Below are positions 14,301 through 26,129 of a stretch of 64,000 nucleotides of DNA, piece by piece. The position numbers and the translations under genes were made by a program. Numbering within the stretch: position 1 is the stretch's first letter; each line of letters begins with the position of its first letter. The notes under the pieces were generated by a model. It made no database searches. It had not been told where the DNA came from and saw only the letters and a list, made by a program, of their open reading frames with translations. This DNA is from Octopus vulgaris (lineage: Eukaryota), in assembly GCA_951406725.2 (NCBI GenBank), contig OX597824.1, positions 70,680,001 to 70,744,000 on the forward strand, in the 5' to 3' direction.

Positions 14301-17300
14301 GGCATTAGTATGTGATTATATAGATGTTTGTGTTTGCTTGCATGTATGTTAGGTGCTTTTGACATTATGATGAAAGTTGTATATGCCCAACATATGGGAC
14401 CGGGGAGGATTTAAAAAGTTTTCATTTTTTAATTTTGTTTGCAAGCTTCTTTTTGTAAATTCGTGTGTTGAGGCATATTTTATTGTGTCTAGGGAAAGTC
14501 ATTTTCTTTTAGTACCTTATTAATTTAACACACTCACTGGGTCAATGACTATTGAAAAGGTTCCAAGTTACAATGAAAATTTTAGTAAAAATAAGTAAAT
14601 GTGTGGAAACCTGTGACCGATAAGGTACTTAAAGAGAATGACTCTCCCCAGACACGAACATCGTCATCGTGTAACGTCCATGAACAGAAACGTTTCTGTT
14701 ATACTCAACATACACCGAGGAATTCCTGATGTCGATCCAGCACCAATTGTGCAATTATTGTGGATGATGCCAAGTAGCCATAGGCAGTGAGTGTGCCTTT
14801 TTGGAATACTACTAGGGACATACCCAACACATAAATTTTAAATTATATACATAGTGTGTGTACATGTGTGTGTGTACATGTGTGTGTACATGTGTGTGTG
14901 TGTGTGTGTGTGTGTGACGTTTTGTAGATATTTCACTAATGTTTATTAAAGGCATGTTGTACCATGTGATACTGCTCCCTGTTACAGTATACGGTGTCAC
15001 TCCCCATTATGTCACACTATATATTGTCATTCGATGTCATGTTACACTATAATGCTACACCAAATAACACTGGTGTTATAATGTCATGTCACTTCATGTC
15101 ATATCACTACATGTCACTTCACATCATGTCACATTGTGAGGTCACTCTGCCATATCACAGTGTTGCATCACTGTGGTGTCACACTCTATAATGTCACTTC
15201 GCATAGTATCGCTATATGCTATGTCACACTATATATATTGTGTCACTTGACACTGTCTCACTCCTGTATATTGTCCCTCTCCATGCTCATTTCACAGAAA
15301 CGACCATATGAAGGAGCCTCTTACATGGTCTTTAAATCTGCTTGAAATAGCCAAATCCATCGAGTTACACAATATATCTTTTTAGAAAAGGACACATTGA
15401 ATAATGTAGGCAAGAATTCTGTACGAAAGCATAAAGAGTGAAGGAGGCGACTAGAGTGTCGTCTCTGTCGTAGATCTGGTTTAAGAAGGCTGGCCTTGGG
15501 CTAAACGACAGTAACACGCGAAATGCGATATGATAAAGAAAAGTAACTCTTCTATTTTTACCGGGGAAGAGAGGTGTTATCTTTCTTGGCTCAAGGGAGG
15601 TAATTAATGATTAGCTTTGATTTATGGCTTTGTGACTTATCTCCCCTACATTCAACTTTTTGCGTACAAACTTTCATAGTTGGTCAATCGCTAAAATGGC
15701 AAACAAAAATGCTTTGAGGTTTGTAGATATGTTCATTTTTGCTAAGTTCAATCCAAGTTGATTTTGCCTTCCATAAAATAATTAGCAGTTAATACTTGTG
15801 TTGATATAATCGACTATTCCCTTCTATAGTTGTAGCTTCGTAAGAATCTACAATGTAAGCAATCTATGCTTGTAAATAAATAAACACAGCTTTAGCCGAA
15901 TGGTTAACAAGTCTGCTTCGCAATCATAAGATACCTGGTTCGATCGTACTGCTTGGTTCTTGGGCAAGTTATTTTTTTCCCACCTTAGCCTCGAATCAAC
16001 CTAAATCTTATGAAATGTTATTTGTGTGGAGCTCGTTGGATTGGAGAACTTGTATCTGTAATTAAAAAGTCTGGCTGTGTCACATTCTGTGTCAGTCATT
16101 GGCAACCTGCGGTCCGTGGGTCTTTCTGAATGATGCACACCTTACAAACAATCTTCATAGCTATACTGCGTTTGAAATATTTCTTGTCAGTATGATACAA
16201 TATACATATAACACTTCATCATCATCGTTTAACGTCCGTTTTCCATGCTAGCATGGGTTCGACGATTAGACCAGGATCTGGGAAGCCAGAAGGCTTACAC
16301 CAGGCTCCAATCTGATCTGGCAATGTTTCTACAGCTGGATGCCCTTCCTAACGCCGACCACTCCATGAGTGTAGTGGGTGCTTTTTACGTGCCACTGGTA
16401 CAGGTGCCAGGCGAGGCAGGCAACGGCCACGATCGGTTGGTGCTTTTTATGTGCCACCGGCATGGTTTGTTTACATATGTTGTTGTATTTCCAAAGAAGC
16501 TATGTATTTAGCATTTAATTTGGCAGAAATTGTTGTCAGCAAGCAGTTCATCTTAATTGGTTGCGTACCCAGCCAGTATCTGGGAAGTGCAGGTTCAAGT
16601 CTCATGGCTGTTTGCTAACAACTTTTCTGTCTTATAAAAGCAAAATACCCAATCTTTCTGCTGTTTTCATGGCTTTACTGCATTCGAAATATCATTCTCT
16701 TGCCTGCATGATATGATACACTTCCAAAATTAAAAAAAGCTTGTTTACATATATTGTTACATTATATTTCTTTCAAGCAGTACAGCCTGTGTGATGAACC
16801 ATATCTCATTTGGGTGGCAAGCTGGCAGAATCGTTAGCACGCCGGACGAAATGTTTAACAGTATTTCATCTCCCGTTACATTCTGAGTTCAAATTTTGCT
16901 GAGATCGACTTTGCCTTTCATCCTTACGGGGTCAATTAATAAAGTTCCAGTTACGCACTGGGGTTGATGTAATCAACTTAATCCCTTTGTCTGTCCTTGT
17001 TTGTCCCCTCTATGTTTAGACCCCTGTGGGCAATAAAGAAATATATACTTTGTTTAAAGGTCCCTTGTGGGCAATAAAGAAATTGAACCATATCTCATTT
17101 GGTTGGGTTCTTGAAAAAGTTTGCCCATGCTTGTTCTATTTCATATGATATCGTTACTGAAGGTCATGTTAATGATGGAGTACTCAGCCACTCATGTTAT
17201 AATTCAGTGAGTTGTTTAATCTGAGATCAGCTCTAACCCAACCTAGTGTATCTGAATATGGATGTGATTTGAAGGCTATGTTTGCTCCTATTTTTAGCAG

Positions 17301-18649
17301 TCTAAAGGTGGCGAGCTGGCAGAATCGTTAGCACACTGGGCGAAATGCTTAGCGGTATTTCACCTGTCTTTACGTTCTAAGTTCAAATTCTGCCGAGGTC
17401 AACTTTGCCTTTCATCCTTTCAGGGGTCAATAAACTAAGTACCAGTTGTGTACTGGGGTCAATGTAATCAACTGGCCCCTTCCCCCCAAATTTCAGGCCC
17501 TGTGCCTATAGTAGAAAGGATTTTTAGCAGGCTAAGCAAGCATGTAGAGGCTCCCTCATTGAGTACATAGATCATGTGATCAAACAGGCACTCACTGTTG
17601 AGTGTGTGTATGTGAGAGAGAAAGAGAGAGCCAGCCATACACTAGGGAAAGCACCCATGTGTTTTTTGTGTTTGTATATGTTCTTGTTGATATATGAAGG
17701 TCTGCATATGTATGTATGTAATGATGTATATAAGCAAGTGTGTGTGAATATGCATGTAGTAATGTTGGTTTATATGTCATGCTAGGAAAGGCATCAAGCC
17801 ATAGAAACCATAGTAGAGTACATATTTATTAATTTTTACAAGATAAAGGTTAGCAGTAACAATTTGATGATGCTTAGAAAACTAAAACTGTGAAACTACT
17901 GTCAGCCTTTACCTTATAAAAGTTTATATATTTATATCAGCTATATCGTGCTGTTTTAGCACGACGGTGGAGTGACGATTTCAAGAGGGCGATTGGGATC
18001 ACGTGGATGAGAAAGGCGTGATCCAGAGACGAGTGGACAACGTGCTGTGACCAGCGGTGTCAAATGGACGCCTGATGGACTGATCGGTCAAAGTGATCAG
18101 CTATATATTCATTCCATCATCCACTGACTATTGCTATACAACCACTGCCTCCACCACCACCACCACCACATATTTAACCCAACTTTCATTTGTCGTAATA
18201 TTTTTCTCTTTTTATCCGTTCAAGGTGAAAATGAACCGAATGCGTCAAAAGATTGCTCAACGCCTTAAGGATGCACAGGACACATGTGCAATGTTGACTA
18301 CATTCAATGAGATTAACATGAGGTGAGTTTACTGCATTCGAGAGTGGCATCTATTGCACATGGATCTGGTATGAATGTATGGTTCAACCCTTTACCTTTT
18401 AGATTTCTTTGTCAAATATTTTGCTTATACATTCACAGGAAATCAGTCATAGGAACCTGTGGCACAAGACAAACCTTTGATCCTTTTTGAGATATATATG
18501 CATCTGTAAAATATACATAGTGTGTGTGTGTACACACACACACACACAAACAAAAACATACGTATATTTCTATATGGGTTTCTCACATATATATAATTTG
18601 TATATGGGTATCTGCAAAATGTTTTTTATCTATATGTACACACACATTG

Positions 18650-18680
<31 letters not shown>

Positions 18681-18784
18681 TAAAAGAATATAAGGATAAA
18701 ATTCACATTAATGATTTTTATCAAGTGGTCAGTTCGATATAAAAAGGCAATTGTATACATATGTACATTATTATTAATTTAATG

Positions 18785-18816
<32 letters not shown>

Positions 18817-21800
18817 ATTATATATGTATGTATATGTGCTCTAAATAGAACACCCACATTCCTAGAAATAAGAGCCTAACTCGAAAACACTGGTTGAGAA
18901 TTCCCTATATTGATCAGTCATTTTCAGCTAATTCCCTAACCTCATCAATAGGGACCACTCAACCCTGCTGATTCCGGACTTAATTCTCTGTCAGTCCATA
19001 TGTCTTCTCCATAAAAATCTATGGACGATTTAGTGAATTGCTAATGTGTGCATGTGCGTGTGTGGGTGTATATGTATGCATAAAGACTTGACTGTTCATT
19101 TTGTGTTGCAGCAACGTGATGGATCTGAGGAAACAGTACAAAGATCTGTTCTTGAAGAAACACAACCTTAAACTTGGCTTCATGTCAGCGTTTGTGAAAG
19201 CATCGGCATTCGCTTTGCAGGATCAACCCATCGTCAACGCTGTGATCGAAGAGAAAGAAATAGTCTACCGCGATTATATAGACATCAGTGTTGCTGTGGC
19301 AACCCCCAAGGTTAGAAATGGTGATCATGTCTTGTGTAGCTGTCTGTCTATGTGTGTGTATGCCTATGTATAAATGTTCTTGTGTGTGTCCATGTGTGTG
19401 TGTGTGTGTTAGAGAGAGAGAGAGATGGATTCTGTTCGTGTATGTGTCTGTGCATGTCTTCTTCAATCAAAACCAAATCGAAGGGTTTCTGGTTCTTAGT
19501 ATATCCTTTCCTCTTATATCTACAGGGTCTAGTTGTCCCAGTCCTTAGAAATGTAGAAGATATGAACTATGCAGCAATTGAGAGGACAATACACGAATTA
19601 GGAGAAAAGGTCAGTATTACAGATTTCTTCTATTTCTCCACCACACCCATTTCACTGTATTGATTTCCCAGTCTGTCTGTCTGTCTCTCCCTTAACTTTC
19701 CAATCTTTCACGTTAATCTTTTGTTCTAAACAACAGCTTAATAATAACAAAGATATTTTACTGAATTCTTCATTATTTTCAAAATTAATTGAAACAAATG
19801 CAGCGTATTTCAAATGAAATATGATTAAAAGTTAAAGTGATCTAAATCAAAATCTTTCATCAAAATTTCATGTCAGTTTATGGGCGATCCTTCGGTATAC
19901 ATACCATAAGTATTGGAAGTGGCTTTGTTTACATTTCTGAAGATAACAGAAACCCTAACCCCCCCATATATATCTTGAAATGTACCCGGTACGTATACCG
20001 AAGTTACGCCGATTTATGTTCTAAACACCAGCTTAATAATGAAAAAGTTACTTTTATTAAATTCCTCATTATTTTCAAAATTAATCTAATCAAATGCTGT
20101 GTATTTCAACAGAAATATGGTAACAGGTTATAGTTATCTAAAGTAAAACCTTCCTTCAAAATTTCTTGATAGCCTTTTGTTCCAAAACACCAGCTAATGA
20201 CTCTGCTTCAATTAATCTTGAAAATGAGGGGAATTTAGTAAACATTGTTTATTTCTGTAGAAATATGGTGATAAGTGGGTTAAACAGTAATCTGTTATGT
20301 GTTTGTTTCATGTCTAGGCTCGACTCGGCGCCTTGGCAATTGAGGACATGGATGGTGGCACTTTTACCATCAGTAATGGTGGTGTGTTTGGATCCATGTT
20401 TGGCACTCCAATCATTAATCCTCCCCAGTCAGCCATCCTGGGAATGCATGCCATCATCGACCGACCCATGGCTGTAAATGGAAAGGTATGTACACTCGTT
20501 GTGTCTGTCATCACATGTACTTACAAATGCACACACACACACACACATGCATGTAGAAAAGTCAACCAGCATGGTGGCACTGTGTTAAAGTTCTCAGTGC
20601 ACCAAAACAACTCATCATCACATTTTAAATTCTGGCTTCTATTTTTGCAAGGGCAACACTTAATTTCTTTGGAAAACACTTAACCCTTTAGCATTTAAAC
20701 CGGCCATATCCGGCCAAAAGTATTCTACTTGTTTTATGTTCAAACTGGCCAGATCTGGTCTCTCACACCAACCCTACAATATTGTTTTAAAAATTAACAG
20801 CTACCTCATCAAAATCTCATAGCTACAAGATAATGCATGATTAGTTCAAAACAATGTGGATAAAAAAGCATTAGTTTTGGCAGAATAATGCGAACACTAA
20901 AGGGTTAAATACCACAGTCTTATATTCTGTATTTTGAAATATGTCATTGTGGTGCCTGTGTTATGTACATCATCATCACCATCATCATTTAATGTCTATG
21001 TTCCATACTGACATGAAGTGGATGGTTCAACAAGAAACAACAAACCAGAGGACTGCTCCAAGCTCCAGTGTCCACTTTGGCTGGGTTCCCCCTTCCTAAT
21101 GTCAATCATGCTATAAAGTGTACTGAGTGTTTTTGTTTTCCTTTTTCTTTGTGACACTAGCCCGAATGAGATCACAAAGTAATTTGCAAGACAAGACCCC
21201 TAGTTAAAGTAGGGGATGTGCCATTGCAGAAGGTGGCTTTATGCCAGGTGAGAAGCTGAAGTAAGGTTGAAGTGCCTTGGTATTGCAGAGAAGCATAGCT
21301 TTCCTAGCTGCAAAAAGAGATCATGGTGATGAGTTGTCAATGTACACCTTCATGGTACAGAAATAGTATCCATACATATATAAATACAAAATGGGACCAG
21401 AACGCAAAACATCCAGATGGATGATACAAAGATAACTAGGATGGGTCCTTCAGAGTTTTCTTTCCTCAGTCAAGATTATCTTTGCAATTTCGGCTGGTTA
21501 TACACGAGATATGTATATATTTATACTTTGAAGACATATGGCTCAATGGTTAGAGCATCAGGCTTACAATCATGAGGTAATGAGTCCGATTCCTGGACCA
21601 AGTTGTGTTGTATTCTTGAACAAGACACTTCATTTCATATTGCTTCAGTTCACTCATCTGTAGCAATGAGTTGTGGCGTCACTGATGCCAGGTTGTATTT
21701 GCCTTTCCCTTGGATAACATCAGGGGAGAGGGGAGGCTGGCATGCATGAGCGACTGCTGGTCTTCCATAAACAACCTTGCCTGGACTTGTGCCTCAGAGG

Positions 21801-21863
21801 GGAACTTTCTAGGTGCAATCCCATGGTCAGTCATGACCGAAGGAAGTCTTTATACACAAGTGC

Positions 21864-21895
<32 letters not shown>

Positions 21896-22069
21896 GACTA
21901 CTTGTGTAATTATATATTTTTTTCTATTTTCTAGGTGGAAATCTGTCCAATGATGTATGTGGCATTGACCTATGACCACCGACTGATTGATGGCAGAGAG
22001 GCTGTACTCTTTTTACGAAAGATCAAGCAAGCTGTCGAGGACCCAAGGGTTCTACTGTTAGATATTTAA
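8735..22069 (+). CDS. DLST: Dihydrolipoamide S-succinyltransferase (OGDH complex E2), spliced, 5'-partial: join(8735..8809,9648..9703,11175..11283,12255..12523,18225..18322,19112..19310,19526..19609,20318..20485,21935..22069)
   Basis: Exons join in frame (1193 nt, 2+397 codons incl. TAA). They give a lipoyl domain (FAESVTEGD...EIETDK), an Ala/Pro linker, [24 protein letters not shown] and catalytic DHRLIDG, ending LLLDI*. All acceptors are AG; donors are GT except one GC. Confidence 0.97.
9648..9703 (+). CDS. DLST: DLST exon with lipoyl-lysine ([19 protein letters not shown])
   Basis: ttaacag acceptor, AAG|gtatct donor, 56 bp; ETDK lipoylation motif. Confidence 0.96.
10290..10830 (-). mobile_element. 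Degenerate Tc1/mariner-type transposase remnant
   Basis: Minus-strand fragments such as [25 protein letters not shown]; frameshifted. Confidence 0.4.
11175..11283 (+). CDS. DLST: DLST exon, end of lipoyl domain ([36 protein letters not shown])
   Basis: tttgcag acceptor; CAG|gcaagc GC donor gives the phase-1 junction the next exon needs. Confidence 0.9.
12255..12523 (+). CDS. DLST: DLST exon, Ala/Pro-rich linker to RTEQR
   Basis: ttttacag acceptor, CGG|gtaatt donor, 269 bp, GC-rich coding island. Confidence 0.93.
13751..13976. mobile_element. mariner-type MITE (opposite orientation to 57243-57456)
   Basis: Shared internal sequence and gaacttttcagca TIR, TA flanks. Confidence 0.6.
16814..17083 (+). 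mobile_element. SINE family B with 19-bp TSD
   Basis: tgaaccatatctcatttgg at 16795-16813 and 17084-17102. Confidence 0.85.
17947..18095 (+). mobile_element. 5'-truncated RTE-like LINE 3' end with 11-bp TSD
   Basis: Translates [24 protein letters not shown]; TSD atcagctatat at 17936-17946 and 18096-18106. Confidence 0.7.
18225..18322 (+). CDS. DLST: DLST exon ([32 protein letters not shown])
   Basis: caag acceptor, AG|gtgagt donor, 98 bp. Confidence 0.96.
19112..19310 (+). CDS. DLST: DLST exon ([13 protein letters not shown]...[10 protein letters not shown])
   Basis: ttgcag acceptor, AAG|gttaga donor, 199 bp. Confidence 0.96.
19526..19609 (+). CDS. DLST: DLST exon ([28 protein letters not shown])
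   Basis: ctacag acceptor, AAG|gtcagt donor, 84 bp. Confidence 0.96.
19710..20280. repeat. Degenerate ~165-bp tandem repeat (about 3 units) in a DLST intron, interrupted by a MITE
   Basis: Recurrent tgttctaaacaccagcttaataat...cattattttcaaaattaat...gtatttcaa. Confidence 0.65.
19883..20010. mobile_element. Small MITE with GG..CC termini and 8-bp TSD (Merlin-like)
   Basis: TIR ggcgatccttcggtatac / gtataccgaagttacgcc; TSD agtttatg/gatttatg; contains aaccctaaccc. Confidence 0.6.
20318..20485 (+). CDS. DLST: DLST exon ([22 protein letters not shown]...DRPMAVNGK)
   Basis: gtctag acceptor, AAG|gtatgt donor, 168 bp. Confidence 0.97.
20684..20904. mobile_element. piggyBac-like MITE
   Basis: TTAA|ccctttag ... 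ctaaaggg|TTAA. Confidence 0.8.
21935..22069 (+). CDS. DLST: DLST last coding exon with catalytic His ([22 protein letters not shown]...LLLDI*)
   Basis: ttctag acceptor, 135 bp including TAA. Confidence 0.97.
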   Translation: MEICPMMYVALTYDHRLIDGREAVLFLRKIKQAVEDPRVLLLDI

Positions 22070-22273
22070 TACCTGCTCTCTAATCTATTTAGTGAAATTT
22101 ATAAACTAAGACCAAAACTTTAAGAAACTAAACTGCGGCCTGGTGTAAAGGTGTATATATGCATATATATATATATATACATATATATATGTATATTATA
22201 CATCACATGCAATACTGGCACCTTGCTGCATAAGGGGTGCATATGAAGAAACCAAAAAAAAAAAGAGAACTAT

Positions 22274-22279
22274 AATAAA
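22274..22279 (+). promoter_or_regulatory. Candidate polyadenylation signal of DLST
   Basis: AATAAA ~205 nt after the stop codon; no transcript evidence. Confidence 0.4.
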
Positions 22280-22499
22280 AAGAAAAATTGTGAGTAACTG
22301 GAATATCAGCGGAATTGATAATCAATAGATTAGAGTTTCTGTCTCTCCTCCCCCCACTTCTCTCTCCCTCTCACATATTTGCACAAATATTATTTTTTTT
22401 TGTTTTGTTTTTTTTTTGTGCATGTTTAGTAACTTCATAGTTAGAAGATTGCTTGATTATTATTATTATTATTATTATTATTATGAATTTTATTTTTAA

Positions 22500-22726
22500 A
22501 AAACGGTGGCTTGGCAGAATTGTAAGAACGTCGGAAAAAAATTGCCTTGCCGTGTTTGTTCTGGCTCTACATTCAAATCCAGCCGAGGACAATTTTGCCT
22601 TTCATCCTTTGAGGATCGACAAAATAAAAGTACCAGTGAAATACGGGCTGATGGGGGTGGGGGAGGTCGATTTAATAGGCTTAACCCTATTCCCTCAAAA
22701 TCCAGGCTCTGTGCCTATCTTAGAAA

Positions 22727-22766
<40 letters not shown>

Positions 22767-24850
22767 AACACAGTGAGATGGCAGAATTGTTAGCATACCG
22801 AGCAAATTGCTTTGTAGGATTTCATTCATCCTTACGTTCTGAGTTCAAATTCCGCCAAGGTCAACTTTGCCATTCATCCTTTCGGGGTCGATAAATTAAG
22901 TACCAGTTGAGTACTGGTGTTGATATAATCAACTATCTCCCTTCTCACAAATTTCTGGCTTTGTGCCTATAGTAGAAATAATAATAATTATTATTATTAT
23001 TATTTATAATATTATTATGAAAAATGCAGTGGATTAGCAGAATTATTTGCAATGTCAGACAAAATATCTTGTGGTATTTAGGTATCAACCTTGAAGTTTT
23101 GTGTGCTTAGATTCCACTGAAAATAACATTGCCTTTCATTCTTCTGAGGTCTGTAAAATAAAATACCAGTCAAGCGCTGGGGTCGACATAACTGTTTTTG
23201 TCTTTCTAGCTCAAATTTGTGACCTTGTACCTATGTAAGAAATTATTGTTACTAAGGCTTATGAACTGACGGAATCATTAGCATATCGGATGAAATGCTT
23301 ATTGGCATTTCATCTGGTTTTTACATTCTCAAGTTCAAATTCCGCTAAGGTCAACTTTGCTGTTCATCCTTTCAGGATCGATAAAATAAGTACCGGTTGA
23401 GCACTGGGGGGGTTGATGTAATCGATTAGTGCCCTTTCCCAAAATTTCAGACTTTGTACCTACACTAGAAAGAATTATTAAGGCAGCAAGCTGGCAGAAT
23501 TGTTAGCATGGCTGAGTGGCATTTTGGCCGTTTTTGTGTTCTGAGTTCAAATTCCACCAATGTTGACTTTGCCCTTCATCCACAAATTGAGTCCTGGAGT
23601 TGATGTAATTGACTAACCTCTTCTCCCTGAAATTGCTAGCCTTGTTCCTAGGTCAGAAATTATTATTATTATTATCATTATTATTATTGTTATTATTATT
23701 AAGGCGGTGAGCTGGCAGGGCAAAATACTTAGCGGTATTTCATCTGTCTTACGTTCTGTCTTTATGTTTTGAGTTCAAATCCGCTGAGGTCGACTTAGCC
23801 TTTCATCCTTTCAGGGATGATAAACTAAGTACCAGTCAAGTACTGGGGTCGCTGTGATTGACTTACCCCCGTCCCAAAATTTCAGGCCTTGTGCCTACAG
23901 TAGAAAGGATTATTATTATTATTATTTATTGTAAGTACCACAGAGCAAAAGGTTAACTGCTGGTGATCTGTTTCTAATTCACATCACTTAGACCAATAAT
24001 GTCCTTGAGAGAAAGACATGAACATCACATAGTCACAGTGCTCCCCACTTTTATAAAATTTGAGGCCATGCATAAAAGATTTTTATTTGTAATACTTGGC
24101 CAAAATGAAAAGAATTATTATTGTTGTTGTTATTTTTGTCATTCTTTTCTACTATAGGCACAAGTCCCCCCCCCCATTTTTTTGGGGGGAAGGGGCCAGT
24201 CAATTAGATCAACCCCACTATGCAACTGGTACTTAATTTATCAACCACAAAAGGATGAAAGGCACAGTCAACCATGGCGGAATTTGAACTCAGAACGTAA
24301 AGAGATATGTGATACCGCTAAGCATTTTGCCCAGTGTGCTAAAATTTCTACCAGCTGGCCACCTTGTTTTTTATCATTATTAAGGCGGCAAGCTGGTAGA
24401 ATCGTTAGGACGCCAGGTGAAATGCTTAACAATATTTCGTCTGCCACTACGTTCTGAGTTCAAATTCTGCCTTGGTCAACTTTACCTTTCATCCTTTTTG
24501 GTGTTGATAAATTAAGTACCAGTGAAACGCTGGGGGTCAATATAATTGACTTGTCCCTTCTTCCAGAATTTCAGGCCTTGTGCCTATAGTAGAAAAGATT
24601 TTTATTAAGGTGCCGAGCTGGCAGGATCATTAGTGTGTGGGCAAAATGCTTAGCAACATTTCATCTGAGTTCAAATTCCTCCAAAGTGAACTTTGCCTTT
24701 CATCCTTTCAGGGTCGGTAAATCAAGTACTAGTTCAAGTCCTGGGGTCGATGTGATCAACGATGTGATCCCTCAAATTTCAGGCCTTATGCCTATACTAG
24801 AGAGGGTTATTATTATTATTATTATTTTCAAGGTGGCGAACTCATAGAGT
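22500..24850 (+). repeat. Head-to-tail cluster of ~10 family-B SINE copies separated by (ATT)n; one copy inverted (~24150-24365)
   Basis: Repeated ggcagaa..tagc...gagttcaaattcc...gcctttcatcc...agtaccag units. Confidence 0.8.
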
Positions 24851-25090
24851 CGTTAGTGTTGCAAAAATGACCTGTGTTATTTCTTTCCAGGCTGTATAGT
24901 TTACATTCATATAGATGGAGGTGTGACTGTATGGTAAGAAGCTTGCTTCCCAATCACATGGTTCTGGGTTCAGCCCCACTGTGTAGCACCTTGGACAAGT
25001 GTCTTCTACTATAGCTTCAGGCCCGACCAAATCCTTGTAAGAAAATTTTTGGCAGACAGAAACTAAAAAAAGCCTCGTGTGTGTGTATGT

Positions 25091-25123
<33 letters not shown>

Positions 25124-25124
<1 letters not shown>

Positions 25125-25495
25125 GAGCAGAACGCCCGCCGTCCAATGGACAGTGCTGAGTTGTCAAACACTTAAACCAAATTTTCTCAAAACAACTTGT
25201 CCAACCATCCCATAGGCCTCCCCTTTGAGAAACACTGATTTAACCTAAATTTGAGACACCAGCAAAAGAAAAAATAACGATAGACTTTTTTTCTATTCTA
25301 AAGAAAAGTGATTTTATTCACACGAATATCGATTGCATTCTCACCTGGAATCGATTTTTGTAATTTTTTCAAGACTTATACACGCCCTGATACCATCGGT
25401 ACCTACATATCAAATTTGAGCGCAATCAGATGGAGGATGCCCAAGATCCTAGAAGACACACACACAGACAGACAGAACGGATTTTATATAATAGA
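25124..25495 (-). mobile_element. Non-autonomous Helitron-like element inserted in the microsatellite of a family-A SINE
   Basis: Same family as 56685-57072; minus strand begins TC(tattatataaaatcc), ends with gtccattggac hairpin and a degenerate CTAG. Confidence 0.65.
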
Positions 25496-26129
25496 TATAT
25501 ATGGTGGGAGTCTTTTTGTCTGTTTTTGTGCTCCACTACTGCTTGACAGCTGGTGTCGGTGTATTTACATTCCCATAACTTAGCAGTTTGCCAAAAGAGA
25601 CTGATAAAAATAAATACCTGACTGGCTTTAAAAAAAAATAAGTACCAGGGTCAATTCATTTGACTAAAAAGAGTTTTTAAGGTGGTGTTCCAGCATGGCC
25701 ACAGTCTAATGACTGAAACAAGTAAAAGATAAATCTCACCAGTGTTAACTTTGCCTTTCGTCCTTTCCAGATTCATAAGGATACCAGTCATGTACTGAGA
25801 TCAATAGTTTAGATTAAAGCGCTCTTCTCCAAATTGCTGGCCTTTTATTAAAATTTGCAAGAATTATTAAGGCAATTGATTGGCAGGAGTCGCAGAACAT
25901 TGAGGAAAATGCTATTCCAGCATTTGTTCTGGATTTTTATATTCTGAGTCTAAATTTCATTAAGGTCAATTTTGATTTTTACTCATTAGCAGGGTGTGCT
26001 GATAAAATAGTATACCTATCAAATCCTGGGGTCCCTCTTCTCTAAATTTCTGGCTTTGTGCCTATCTTACAAACGGATAGGGTGCTGGATTGGCAAAAAC
26101 TTTGGAGCATCAGAAGAATTGCTTGTTAC

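Noticed and set aside
14995-15265. Periodic atgtcac motif region
   Set aside because: Degenerate short-period simple repeat; no higher structure seen.
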